This document shows, one piece after another, positions 44,027-58,194 of a stretch of DNA of 64,000 nucleotides. The stretch spans positions 54,970 to 118,969 of the forward strand of contig JAXGZL010000003.1 of assembly GCA_040776985.1 (NCBI GenBank), read 5' to 3'. Source of the DNA: Christensenellales bacterium (lineage in GTDB: Bacteria; Bacillota; Clostridia; Christensenellales; Aristaeellaceae). The position numbers were made by a program, and so were the translations under genes. The first letter of the stretch is position 1. Each line of letters begins with the position of its first letter. The notes below the pieces were generated by a model. The model did not search any database and was not told the origin of the DNA. It saw only the letters and a list, made by a program, of their open reading frames with translations.

Positions 44027-45475
44027 ATGGCCATCTACAACCCAAAATCCATGAAGGCGGAGGAGTTCATCAACCACGGGGAAATCCTGGAGACTCTGGC
44101 CTATGCCGAGAAGAACAAGAACAACCTGCAGCTGATTGACAGCATCCTGGAAAAGGCGCGTCCCAGGCGCAGCGGCAACGGCCTTAAATGTGAAGGGCTC
44201 AGCCACCGGGAGGCCTCGGTGCTGCTGGCTTGTGAGATTCCTGAGAAGGTGGAGGAGATCTATAAGCTGGCGGAAGAGATCAAGCTGGCCTTCTATGGCA
44301 ACCGCATTGTGATGTTTGCCCCACTGTATCTGTCCAACTACTGCGTCAACGGCTGTGTCTACTGTCCCTATCACCTGAAGAACAAGACCATCGCCCGTAA
44401 GAAGCTGAGCCAGGAGGAAATCCGCCAGGAGGTGATCGCGCTGCAGGACATGGGGCACAAGCGCCTGGCCCTGGAGGCGGGGGAGGACCCGGTGAACAAC
44501 CCCCTGGAGTACATCCTGGAGAGCATCAAAACCATCTATGACATCAAGCATAAAAACGGCGCCATCCGCCGGGTGAATGTGAACATCGCCGCCACCACGG
44601 TGGAGGACTATGAGAAACTGCGGGACGCGGCCATCGGCACCTATATCCTGTTCCAGGAAACCTATCACAAAGAGAGTTATCTGAACCTGCACCCCACCGG
44701 CCCCAAGCACAACTATGAATACCACACCGAGGCCATGGACCGCGCCATGGCGGGGGGCATTGATGATGTGGGCCTGGGCGTGCTGTTTGGCCTGGAAAGC
44801 TATATGTATGAGTTTGCCGGCATCCTGATGCACGCGGAGCACCTGGAGGCGGTGCACGGCGTGGGGCCCCACACCATCAGCGTGCCCCGGGTGAAAAAGG
44901 CGGACAACATTGACCCGGAGGTGTTTGACAACAGCCTGAGCGATGACACCTTTGCCAAGATCATCGCCTGCATCCGCATCGCGGTGCCCTATACCGGGAT
45001 GATCATCTCCACCCGGGAGAGCCAGGCGGTCAGGGAGCGGGTGCTGGGCATCGGCATCTCCCAGATCAGCGGGGCTTCCCGCACCTCGGTGGGAGGCTAT
45101 ACCCATGAGGAACGGGAGCATGACTCCGAGCAGTTTGAGGTCTCCGACCAGCGCAGCCTGGATGAGGTGGTCAGCTGGCTGATGGGCCTGGGCTATATTC
45201 CCTCCTTCTGCACCGCCTGTTACCGGGAGGGCAGAACGGGCGACCGGTTTATGAGCCTGTGCAAAAGCGGGCAGATCATCAACTGCTGCCATCCCAACGC
45301 CCTGATGACCCTGGCGGAATACCTGACTGACTATGCCGCCCCGGACACCAGGACGGCGGGCTTTGCCCTGATTGACCGGGAGCTTCAAAAGATCACCCAG
45401 GACAAAGTGCGGAAAATCGCCATTGAGAACGTGCGGGACATCAAAGGCTCCAACCGCCGGGATTTCCGCTTCTGA
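44027..45475 (+). CDS. hydG: [FeFe]-hydrogenase H-cluster radical SAM maturase HydG
   Basis: ThiH-like radical SAM CVNGCVYC plus the C-terminal CTAC...C cluster region, 482 aa. Confidence 0.88.
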   Translation: MAIYNPKSMKAEEFINHGEILETLAYAEKNKNNLQLIDSILEKARPRRSGNGLKCEGLSHREASVLLACEIPEKVEEIYKLAEEIKLAFYGNRIVMFAPLYLSNYCVNGCVYCPYHLKNKTIARKKLSQEEIRQEVIALQDMGHKRLALEAGEDPVNNPLEYILESIKTIYDIKHKNGAIRRVNVNIAATTVEDYEKLRDAAIGTYILFQETYHKESYLNLHPTGPKHNYEYHTEAMDRAMAGGIDDVGLGVLFGLESYMYEFAGILMHAEHLEAVHGVGPHTISVPRVKKADNIDPEVFDNSLSDDTFAKIIACIRIAVPYTGMIISTRESQAVRERVLGIGISQISGASRTSVGGYTHEEREHDSEQFEVSDQRSLDEVVSWLMGLGYIPSFCTACYREGRTGDRFMSLCKSGQIINCCHPNALMTLAEYLTDYAAPDTRTAGFALIDRELQKITQDKVRKIAIENVRDIKGSNRRDFRF

Positions 45476-45494
45476 TTGGATTAGGGAGACGAAG

Positions 45495-46697
45495 ATGAGC
45501 CTGAATGAACAACCCAGCGCCCAGCGGCTGCATATTGGCTTTTTCGGGATGAGGAACGCCGGCAAGTCCAGCGTGGTGAACGCGGTGACCGGGCAGGCGC
45601 TGTCCATTGTTTCGCAGGTGAAGGGCACCACCACGGACCCGGTGCAAAAGGCCATGGAGCTGCTGCCCATTGGCCCGGTGGTGATTATTGACACCCCGGG
45701 GCTGGATGATGAGGGGGAGCTGGGGGAGCAGCGGGTGGCGCGCACCCGCCGGATGCTGCACAAAACAGATGTGGCGGTGCTGGTGCGGGACGCGGAGCAG
45801 GGGGAGACGGAGGAGGACAGGGCGCTGCTGGCCCTTGTCAAAGCCCGTCAGATCCCCTATGTGATTGCGCTGAACAAGGCGGATCTGCGGGGCGACAGGC
45901 CGGAGGCAGGGGAGGACAGCCTCTGGGTGAGCGCCCTGACCGGGGAGGGCATCGAGGCCCTCAAAGAGCGCATCGGCCAGCTGGGTAAGTCCAGGGAAGC
46001 GGAGCGCCACATCGTGGCTGACCTGCTGGTGCGCGGGGATGTGGTGGTGCTGGTGACGCCCATTGACGACGCTGCCCCCAAGGGACGGCTGATCCTGCCC
46101 CAGCAGCAGACCATCCGGGATATTCTGGAGGTGGGCGGGCTGCCGCTGTTAACCCAGCCGGGGGGACTGGCGGAGGTTCTCAATACGCTTAAGAATCCGC
46201 CCCGCCTGGTGATCACCGATTCCCAGGCCTTTGGCCCGGTGCACAGCATCCTGCCGGAGGGCCTTCCGCTGACTTCCTTTTCCATCCTGTTCTCCCGCTA
46301 TAAGGGAAACCTTAAGGAAGCGGTGGCGGGGGCAGCGCAGCTTGGCAGGCTGAAGGACGGGGACCGGGTGCTGATCTCGGAAGGCTGCACCCATCACCGG
46401 CAGTGTGAGGACATCGGTACGGTGAAGCTGCCCGGCTGGATCAGGAAGTACGCCGGGAAGGAGATTCATTTCGCCTTCACCTCAGGGGGCGAGTTCCCGG
46501 AGGATCTGTCGCCCTACGCCCTGGTGGTGCACTGCGGCGCCTGTATGTTAAACGACAAGGAGGTGCGGCACCGCACCCGCCTGGCCACAGAAGCCGGCAT
46601 CCCCATCACCAACTACGGCATCGCCATCGCCCACATCCACGGCATCCTCAAGCGCTCACTCAGCCCCTTTCCGGAGATACAGGGCTTGTTGAATTAA
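45495..46697 (+). CDS. hydF: [FeFe]-hydrogenase maturation GTPase HydF
   Basis: GTPase G1 GMRNAGKSS, DTPG, NKAD, and a C-terminal CTH..C cluster motif. ATG at 45495 follows GGGAGA. Confidence 0.88.
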   Translation: MSLNEQPSAQRLHIGFFGMRNAGKSSVVNAVTGQALSIVSQVKGTTTDPVQKAMELLPIGPVVIIDTPGLDDEGELGEQRVARTRRMLHKTDVAVLVRDAEQGETEEDRALLALVKARQIPYVIALNKADLRGDRPEAGEDSLWVSALTGEGIEALKERIGQLGKSREAERHIVADLLVRGDVVVLVTPIDDAAPKGRLILPQQQTIRDILEVGGLPLLTQPGGLAEVLNTLKNPPRLVITDSQAFGPVHSILPEGLPLTSFSILFSRYKGNLKEAVAGAAQLGRLKDGDRVLISEGCTHHRQCEDIGTVKLPGWIRKYAGKEIHFAFTSGGEFPEDLSPYALVVHCGACMLNDKEVRHRTRLATEAGIPITNYGIAIAHIHGILKRSLSPFPEIQGLLN

Positions 46698-46797
46698 TAC
46701 GGTCAATCTGAATAAAACTGCATAGACAAGGCTTGCTTGACACTTTGCGCGCCATTGATTAGACTGGGATTGAAGAACATATCCGAGGAGGCCACTG

Positions 46798-47763
46798 ATG
46801 TCACTTGATCAACAGCGCATTGTTTTTGGTGATGTTAATACAGCGCAATTGGCGGCCCGCCTGGAAAAGCCCTCGCGAAAAGTGGATGTGGTGCTGGATA
46901 CGGACTGCTACAATGAGATTGATGACCAATTTGCATTAGCATACATGGTCAATGCACAGGACGCCTGCAATATACGCGCCATTTGCGCGGCGCCATTTTA
47001 CAGCGCGCCCGGTTCCGGTCGTGTGATGCGCTCAGACAGCCCCGGCGACGGGATGGAGCGCAGTTATCAGGAGATCCTGAAGGTGCTGGCGCTGGCGGGC
47101 AGACCGGATCTGGAACCCCTGGTGTACAGAGGTTCTGACTCATATCTGACAGATGAAAGGACGCCGGTCCCGTCCCCCGCGGCAGACCGGCTGGTGGCCT
47201 TGTCCAGGGAATATTCAGCGGATAATCAGCTGTATATCGTTGCCATTGGGGCCATCACCAATGTGGCCTCTGCCCTGCTGCTGGATCCTTCCATGCGGGA
47301 GCGGGTGGTGGTTGTTTTCCTGGGAGGGCATGGACACCATATTGGAACCTGTACGGACTTTAACGTGGCGCAGGATGTCGCAGCGGCCCGTGTGGTTTTC
47401 GGCAGCGGCGTTCCCCTGGTTCAGGTGCCCTGCCTGGGGGTGGTGTCTGAGTTCAGGTTCACCAGGGTGGAGCTGGAATCCCTGTTCCGGGGAAAAAACG
47501 CGCTGTGTGATTACCTGATCGACAACACCTATGCCTATGCCAGGGACAAGTTCTCCTATGAAGGATGGAGCAAGCCGCTTTGGGATGTGGCGGCGGTTGC
47601 CTGGCTGATGCCCGGAGATTTCATGTGGGACCGGCTGACGCCAAGCCCAGTCCCCCTGAAGGAGGGCATCTATGGCATCCAGCCTGACCGGCATCTCATC
47701 CGCTATGTCTACTATGTCAACAAGGATGAACTGACCCGGGACCTGGTCAGACGCTTGACATAA
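46798..47763 (+). CDS. nucleoside hydrolase (IUNH family)
   Basis: N-terminal aspartate cluster DTDCYNEIDDQFAL, ~320 aa. Confidence 0.75.
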   Translation: MSLDQQRIVFGDVNTAQLAARLEKPSRKVDVVLDTDCYNEIDDQFALAYMVNAQDACNIRAICAAPFYSAPGSGRVMRSDSPGDGMERSYQEILKVLALAGRPDLEPLVYRGSDSYLTDERTPVPSPAADRLVALSREYSADNQLYIVAIGAITNVASALLLDPSMRERVVVVFLGGHGHHIGTCTDFNVAQDVAAARVVFGSGVPLVQVPCLGVVSEFRFTRVELESLFRGKNALCDYLIDNTYAYARDKFSYEGWSKPLWDVAAVAWLMPGDFMWDRLTPSPVPLKEGIYGIQPDRHLIRYVYYVNKDELTRDLVRRLT

Positions 47764-47810
47764 CATATCCGCGCAAGCGGTTGATGTAAAAAACAAATGG
47801 AGGTACAAGC

Positions 47811-49094
47811 ATGAAAAAACTGGTTTCCCTGTTGCTGTCCCTGTTTCTTCTCCTGTCGCTGACGGGCGGTTTGGCCGAAGGCTCAGGTGAGGTGGTTACC
47901 CTGAAGCTGATGATGTCACAAACGCAGGAGCCCGGCGTTAGCGCTGCGGTTGCGGCATTCAACGAGGCATACAAGGGAAAGATCTTCCTTGAGGCAGACT
48001 ATCTGGCCTTTGACAATGTGTTTGAGACGCTGGAAATCCTGATGAGCTCCAAGTCATCCGAGTATGACGTGTTCGCGGCGGACGGCCCCAACATTGCTGC
48101 CTATGCCACGCGCGGTTATTTGGCGCCGTTGACCTCCTATTTCACCAAGGAAGAGGTTGAGATGTTCACGCCCCCCATGCAGGAGGAGTGCGTCTTCAAC
48201 GGCGAGCTTTATGGCGCTGCCATGGGCGACTCTTCCCTGGTCATGTACTACAACACCGACCTGCTGAAGGAAGCCGGCGTCACCTATGATTTCCAGGCCT
48301 TGAACGGTGAGAACCGCATCAGCTGGGAAGAGCTGCTGGAAATTGCCAGGGAAGTGCAGGCCAAGGCAGATCCTGACAAGTCCAAGGGCATTGCGGGAAT
48401 CGAGTTCCAGCAGGTGGGCCGCACCTATCATATGAACGTGCTGGCCAATGACTTTGGCGGAAAGAACATCGGCGATGATGGCTTCACTGTGGACGGCATC
48501 ATCAATGGAGACGCGTGGATCAAGGCGCTGACCTGGTATCAGCAGCAGGTGAACGACGGCATCTTCACCAAGGGCATTCCCGCCAATGAAACCTCCAGCT
48601 ACTTCATGGCGAACAAGATCGCCTTCTATCTGGGGACCACTGCGATGCCCGGCACCTTTGACCGGAACAACATGGAAAACTACGCCTACACCTATGTGCC
48701 CTATTTTGAAGGGTTCAAGGACAATGTCACCACCTCCTGCGGCAGCTGGACAGTGGGTCTTAACCCCTACTCCACCAAGGCAGAGGCCGCGGTTGAGTTC
48801 ATCAAGTATCTGACCCTGTATGACGGAGCGGATGTCTACATCAAAACCAGCGGCATGGTTCCCGCGCTGACCCGCCAGTTTACCGAGGAGCTGCTGACAG
48901 AAAAACCCTACCTGCGCATTGCGCAGTATGAGGGAGCGAACACCGCCCTGGTGCGCGCCATCACCCCGGGGTTCAATGAGTATGCGACTGCGGTGAACGC
49001 GCTGTGGGAGAACGTGCGCAACGGCGCCGACCCGAAGGAGGCGGCCCAGAACTGTGTGGACGAGCTGAGAACAGCTTTCCTTGAGTACGAGTGA
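47811..49094 (+). CDS. ABC transporter extracellular solute-binding protein (family 1, sugar type)
   Basis: Signal peptide, ~427 aa SBP_bac_1-like sequence. Followed by two MalF/MalG-type permeases. Confidence 0.8.
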   Translation: MKKLVSLLLSLFLLLSLTGGLAEGSGEVVTLKLMMSQTQEPGVSAAVAAFNEAYKGKIFLEADYLAFDNVFETLEILMSSKSSEYDVFAADGPNIAAYATRGYLAPLTSYFTKEEVEMFTPPMQEECVFNGELYGAAMGDSSLVMYYNTDLLKEAGVTYDFQALNGENRISWEELLEIAREVQAKADPDKSKGIAGIEFQQVGRTYHMNVLANDFGGKNIGDDGFTVDGIINGDAWIKALTWYQQQVNDGIFTKGIPANETSSYFMANKIAFYLGTTAMPGTFDRNNMENYAYTYVPYFEGFKDNVTTSCGSWTVGLNPYSTKAEAAVEFIKYLTLYDGADVYIKTSGMVPALTRQFTEELLTEKPYLRIAQYEGANTALVRAITPGFNEYATAVNALWENVRNGADPKEAAQNCVDELRTAFLEYE

Positions 49095-49135
49095 TTGAGA
49101 CAGGCGGGGAAAGGCATGCCTTTCCCCGCTGAGAT

Positions 49136-50059
49136 TTGCGGACAAAACCCGAATATTACAATGAATGGGGGGAATGCCCTGTGGAGAGAACGCTGATCAA
49201 CCATGACAGAAAGGCTCACCTGCGGAAAGCGGCGCCCTATATCCTGATTTTACCGGCGCTGGCGTTTATCCTGGTGTTCAAGATTTATCCGATTGTGTCA
49301 GTGATGGTCACCTCCTTCATCAGAAGAGGGCAGTTTTCCTTCAGAACCTATGAGATTCTTTTCTGCGACCGGGTTTTCTGGAACTCGGTGGGGACCACCC
49401 TGCTGATGAACGCGGTGATGATTCCGCTGCAGATCGTGATCTCCCTTATTCTGGCGCTGCTGATCAACAACAACATGAAGGGCATTGGCGTTTTCCGCAG
49501 CATTTATTATCTTCCGGTGACCATGGCAATCTCTGTTGCCTCGGTCACCTGGGGGCTGATGATGAATGTGAACAACGGGATCTTCAACAGCCTCCTGTCC
49601 CTGATCGGGGTGCCGAAACAGGGCTTTTTCACCGATCCCAACCAGGCCTTGTGGTGCATTGTTCTGATGGCCTCCTGGAAAGGCTGTGGATACTGGATGA
49701 TGTATCTGCTGGCGGGCCTGAAGGCGGTGGACAACTCCATCTACGAATCCGCCAAGATGGACGGCGCAGGGTATTTCACGGTGCTGTTCAAGATTACCCT
49801 TCCTCTTATTAAGCCGGCCATGCTGTTTGTGCTGGTGGCAAACACCTGCGCCAACATGCTGCTGTTTGCCCCTTCCAAGCTGATCACCGAGGGAGGGCCG
49901 CAGAACAGCACCAACGTGCTGATGTATGAGGTTTATAAGTCAGCGTTCCGTAACGGCAACATGTCCCGCGCCGGGGCAATCACCGCCATTCTGCTGGTGC
50001 TGATTGTGACCATGGTGTTCTTCCAGTTCCGCCTGATGAACCGCGGAGAGGAGGAGTAA
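49136..50059 (+). CDS. ABC sugar-type permease (MalF/UgpA-like)
   Basis: Six TM helices with the EAA-type loop (ESAKMDGAGYFTVLFKITLP). The start is uncertain: TTG at 49136 or GTG at 49181. Confidence 0.8.
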   Translation: MRTKPEYYNEWGECPVERTLINHDRKAHLRKAAPYILILPALAFILVFKIYPIVSVMVTSFIRRGQFSFRTYEILFCDRVFWNSVGTTLLMNAVMIPLQIVISLILALLINNNMKGIGVFRSIYYLPVTMAISVASVTWGLMMNVNNGIFNSLLSLIGVPKQGFFTDPNQALWCIVLMASWKGCGYWMMYLLAGLKAVDNSIYESAKMDGAGYFTVLFKITLPLIKPAMLFVLVANTCANMLLFAPSKLITEGGPQNSTNVLMYEVYKSAFRNGNMSRAGAITAILLVLIVTMVFFQFRLMNRGEEE

Positions 50060-50062
50060 GCC

Positions 50063-50911
50063 ATGAAAACAAGACAGAAGCGCGCCTTTGCCGTGACCGC
50101 CCTATACATCACCCTGCTGATTATCGCGGTGATCGCCTTGTTTCCGATGGTTTACGTGATCCTGGCTTCCTTCCGCACGGATGCGGAGATCTTTACCTAC
50201 GCGCTGCCCTTTTCCAAGCACACCATCATCCCTGTGGAATGGACGATGGAAAACTATGCGGTGATCTTTGACAAGTTTGATTTTGCGACGCCGCTGACCA
50301 ATACCTTTATCGTGGTGGGCGTTTTGGTGCCCATCAACCTGCTGATCTCCTCCCTGGCAGGCTATGCCTTTGCGTTCTTCAAGTTCAGGGGGAAGCAGCT
50401 GTTGTTCTCCATTTTCATCATCTCCTTTATGGTGCCGATTGACTCCATCGCGCTGCCGCTGTATTCGTTCGTGGCATCCATGGGCTTGGTGGACTCCTAT
50501 TGGGCTCTGATTCTGCCCAGTGTGTCCAGCGGACTGGCCATGTTTTTGTTCACCCAGTTCTTCCGCGGCGTGCCTGCCAGCATCCTGGAAGCCGGCAGAA
50601 TTGACGGGGCGAATCTGATGCAGGTTTTCCTTAAGATTGTGCTACCGCTGTCAGTGCCGGTTGTGATTACGGCGGGCCTGATGATCTTTGTGACGGAGTG
50701 GAACAACTATTTCTGGCCGCTGCTGGTCACCCGGTCGCCTTCTGTCCGCACCATCCAGGTGGCGTTGGCCTATTTCAAGGACGAGCATGAAACCTTCTGG
50801 AGTTACATCTACGCGGCGGCTTCCATCTCAGCCATTGTGCCGGTTTTGCTTTTCCTGCCGCTTCAAAAGTACTTTGTTCAGGGCGTCACATCCAGCGGCA
50901 TCAAGGGCTAA
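50063..50911 (+). CDS. ABC sugar-type permease (MalG/UgpE-like)
   Basis: Six TM helices with the EAA loop (EAGRIDGANLMQVFLKIVLP). Confidence 0.85.
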   Translation: MKTRQKRAFAVTALYITLLIIAVIALFPMVYVILASFRTDAEIFTYALPFSKHTIIPVEWTMENYAVIFDKFDFATPLTNTFIVVGVLVPINLLISSLAGYAFAFFKFRGKQLLFSIFIISFMVPIDSIALPLYSFVASMGLVDSYWALILPSVSSGLAMFLFTQFFRGVPASILEAGRIDGANLMQVFLKIVLPLSVPVVITAGLMIFVTEWNNYFWPLLVTRSPSVRTIQVALAYFKDEHETFWSYIYAAASISAIVPVLLFLPLQKYFVQGVTSSGIKG

Positions 50912-51014
50912 TCACGATAAACCAATGAAGCACCCTTTAAAAAGCTCTGTTTTTCAGGGCTTTTCTCTTGTTTTGAGCCTTTCATGCTGCGGCAAAATAA
51001 AGTTCAAAAATCAT

Positions 51015-51043
51015 TTGACAAGGATGTGAGGCTATGTTATATT
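51015..51043 (+). promoter_or_regulatory. rRNA operon promoter
   Basis: TTGACA-17 nt-TATATT, preceded by an A-rich UP-like stretch (aaaataaagttcaaaaatca). About 165 nt upstream of the 16S. Confidence 0.65.
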
Positions 51044-51206
51044 CATCGGGCACCCCAAACGGGGCTGCGGGGACCTTGAAAACGATACAGAGACGAGAAG
51101 CGAAGAAACGACAGTTGATTCTTTGAGCGAATTAGCGGGGAAGCGGAGCTGGAAGGACGAAGCAGAGATGCGGAGTTTGGAAGGTGAAGTGGACCTGTTA
51201 AGGATT

Positions 51207-52734
<1,528 letters not shown>

Positions 52735-53149
52735 GGGAGCAATGGTAGGCAGGAATGCCAACCATGAATTCCAGGTCGATCGGTCGGGCTGAAAGGCCAG
52801 GCTGAAAGAAACAGAGCCTGCAGGCGCGAGCCACAGGCAGGCAGCAGGAAGAGACGCCTGTTGCGAAACGAAGGACAACTGTCCCGCTTCTCCATCTGTA
52901 TCGTCTTCAGGGTCCCTTTGGATTCTGAAACAGCCTGAGAGGCTGTGCGCACCTTGACAACCGCACAACGGAAGAACGAGAGAAGACCTTAAAGAAAAGA
53001 AGGTTTTAAAGGCCAGTTGCGTGATGTGGAGACACATTGCAAAACGCATCGAGAGATGCAAAAGATAATTGGTCTCAGGATAAAGCAGCAGAGCATGTAT
53101 CGCTACATGGGAAACTCTGCTGCGAGATGTGAGAGATCACATCAAAAGA

Positions 53150-56063
<2,914 letters not shown>

Positions 56064-56258
56064 CAGGAGACCAATGGAGAATGGCTAAAAGACTCTCGTT
56101 TAGAAGTTGTGCGGTTGTCAGGGGGCGAAGGCGAGCGCCCGCAGAAGCGGGAAGAAGCGAGCCGAAAGCCCAATGAGGCAGGGAGCTTTCGATGAGCGAA
56201 AGCGAAGAAGAAAGAGCCCATGCCGAATTGAGGGAAGTAAAGTCCCACCTGAACAACT

Positions 56259-56375
56259 ACCGGTGGCAAAGGCGAAGGGGCCCCACCTGTTCTCATCCCG
56301 AACACAGAAGTTAAGCCCTTCAGCGCCGATGGTACTTGGCTGGAAACGGCCCGGAAGAGTAGGTCGCCGCCGGTT
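56259..56375 (+). rRNA. rrf: 5S ribosomal RNA
   Basis: ...CCCGAACACAGAAGTTAAGCCCTTCAGCGCCGATGGTACTTGG...GAGTAGGTCGCCGCCGG, ~117 nt. Confidence 0.9.
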
Positions 56376-56383
56376 CCCAAAAG

Positions 56384-56412
56384 AGACACCTTGTGAAAGC
56401 AGGGTGTCTTTT
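56384..56412 (+). terminator. intrinsic terminator after 5S
   Basis: AGACACC-loop-GGTGTCT followed by TTTT. Confidence 0.65.
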
Positions 56413-56430
56413 CAGTTTGCGCTGATTCAT

Positions 56431-56485
56431 CAGCGCCTTGGACCTTGGCTGGAAACGGCCCGGAAGAGTAGGTCGCCGCCGGTTA
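56431..56485 (+). pseudogene. 55-nt duplicate of the 5S rRNA 3' portion
   Basis: CAGCGCCttGGacCTTGGCTGGAAACGGCCCGGAAGAGTAGGTCGCCGCCGGTT against the genuine 56321-56375. Four substituted positions (56438, 56439, 56442, 56443), clustered near the 5' end of the copy. No 5' half is present. Confidence 0.8.
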
Positions 56486-56493
56486 CCAAGAGA

Positions 56494-56522
56494 AGACACC
56501 CAACACAAACGGGTGTCTTTTT
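56494..56522 (+). terminator. second intrinsic terminator (after the 5S fragment)
   Basis: AGACACCC-loop-GGGTGTCT followed by TTTTT. Confidence 0.7.
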
Positions 56523-56617
56523 CGTGTTGCTATTTAATGTCGCTTAATTTCTTGTTCACGGCAGGATGATTGGTTACAATCCATCTATTAATACTTTGAA
56601 GGGAGCGAACAGCAGGG

Positions 56618-57850
56618 ATGGAAACGCTCAGCCTGAAGGAAGCCCGCGCCATCGCCACCATAGCCAGTAGGCTGGACAGGAAACCGGGGCGGCGCAAAGT
56701 AACCGCGCTTCACCTGATGGACACCATCAAACACCTGGGCATGGTGCAGTTGGACACCATCAGCGTGGTAACCAGGGCCCATGAAACGGCCCTGTTCAGC
56801 CGCCTGGGCCCCTATGGCCTGGAACTGTGGCAGGAGCTGTTTTCAGACAGAATGATAACTGAATACCTGGCCCATGCTGCGGCCATTGTGCCAGCGGAAG
56901 ACATTTTTCTGATGCGGGAGATGATGCGGCGGATAAGGGAGCGGGCAGACAGATGGGTTGATGACCCGCAGCTGAGTGAACTGGCGCAATTTGTGCTGGA
57001 GCGCATTGAAGCAGAAGGCCCGCTGACCTCGCGGGATTTTGACAACCCGCCGCCTGAAAAACAGGGAGCCTGGGCCAGCTGGTATGGCCCGAAGAAGGAA
57101 CGGCGGGTATTGGCAGACTCGTGGGCAGGAGGGGAACTGCTGATTGCAAGGCGGGACCCCAGCTTCACCAGGTGGTATGACCTGGCCCACCGAATCTATG
57201 ACATGGGGCATTTGGAGGAGGAACCGGCAGAGGATCTGTTGGAGCAGCTGGCGCTGCGCTCCTTGAGGGCCCTTGGCATAACGAATGCCAACTGGCTGTG
57301 CGACTACTACCGGACCGGGGGCAGGCGCTATATCAGCCACAGCCAGGCCCAGCAGATGCTGCGGGAGCTGAGCAAGCAGGGGGACTGTGTCCCGGTGTCT
57401 GTTCAGGGGGTGACGGGCCCGCTGTATCTGTACCGGGAATACCAGGAAGCCCTTGATGGGCTGCGGACAGGCAGGGGATGGCCCAGCCATACCACCTTTC
57501 TGTCCCCCTTTGATAACCTGATATTCAACCGCCGCCGGATGCGGGAGCTGTTCTTGATGGACTATACCATTGAGATTTATACCCCGTCCCATCAGCGGAC
57601 ATACGGCTATTACACCATGCCCATTCTCCACAAGGGGGAGCTGATTGGACGCATTGACCCAGTCCTGAACCGGAAAACCAGGCAGCTGACCATCCGTCAG
57701 GTGACCATGGAGGCAGGTGTAAAGCCCGGAAAAGCCCTGAACCAGGCTCTGACTGGCGCCTTTGATTCCTTTGCGCAGTTTATTGGAGCAGAGCAGTGGC
57801 AGATAGAGAATAGCGGCCCGACAGAATGGGATTATTTGACCAAGCTGTAA
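56618..57850 (+). CDS. YcaQ/AlkZ-family winged-helix DNA glycosylase (interstrand-crosslink repair family)
   Basis: ~410 aa with the characteristic ...LGMVQLDTISVV... (Q-x-D motif) and C-terminal FLSPFDNLI...YGYYTMPIL segment. Confidence 0.7.
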   Translation: METLSLKEARAIATIASRLDRKPGRRKVTALHLMDTIKHLGMVQLDTISVVTRAHETALFSRLGPYGLELWQELFSDRMITEYLAHAAAIVPAEDIFLMREMMRRIRERADRWVDDPQLSELAQFVLERIEAEGPLTSRDFDNPPPEKQGAWASWYGPKKERRVLADSWAGGELLIARRDPSFTRWYDLAHRIYDMGHLEEEPAEDLLEQLALRSLRALGITNANWLCDYYRTGGRRYISHSQAQQMLRELSKQGDCVPVSVQGVTGPLYLYREYQEALDGLRTGRGWPSHTTFLSPFDNLIFNRRRMRELFLMDYTIEIYTPSHQRTYGYYTMPILHKGELIGRIDPVLNRKTRQLTIRQVTMEAGVKPGKALNQALTGAFDSFAQFIGAEQWQIENSGPTEWDYLTKL

Positions 57851-57933
57851 AGAAACGCGGTTTTATAACAGGAAGAACCAACTTTTCTTGTATCTGTGCT
57901 GGCTTTGGACTATAATATCCCGGTGAGGTGAGG

Positions 57934-58194
57934 ATGGTGTCTGAAGAGATCAGGATGCATGACGTGGTGGAGATGCGCAAGAAGCATCCCTGCGGCTCAT
58001 TCATCTGGACAGTGACCCGCATTGGGGCAGACATCAAGATGAAGTGCGATGGCTGCGGCCGGGTGGTGATGCTGGACCGGCACGAGTTTCTGCGCCGGCG
58101 CAAAAAAGTGCTGACACCGGGGCCTGTGGCGCCTGAAATCACCTTAGGGCTTATGAAGGAGAATGAGGATGACGGATCAGAACATGAAGAATGA
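57934..58194 (+). CDS. DUF951-family small protein
   Basis: VEMRKKHPCGS..W.V.R.GADIK.KC..CGR motif. ATG at 57934 follows GGTGAGGTGAGG. Confidence 0.7.
   Translation: MVSEEIRMHDVVEMRKKHPCGSFIWTVTRIGADIKMKCDGCGRVVMLDRHEFLRRRKKVLTPGPVAPEITLGLMKENEDDGSEHEE

Noticed and set aside
43997-45841. 614-aa ORF on the - strand opposite hydG/hydF.
   Set aside because: No motifs and biased composition. The + strand encodes textbook HydG and HydF.
46798-50911. Impression that the nucleoside hydrolase/ABC transporter block is lower in GC and might be a horizontally acquired island.
   Set aside because: I cannot compute GC or codon statistics reliably by eye, and I see no flanking repeats, tRNA or integrase. 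Left as an unverified impression.
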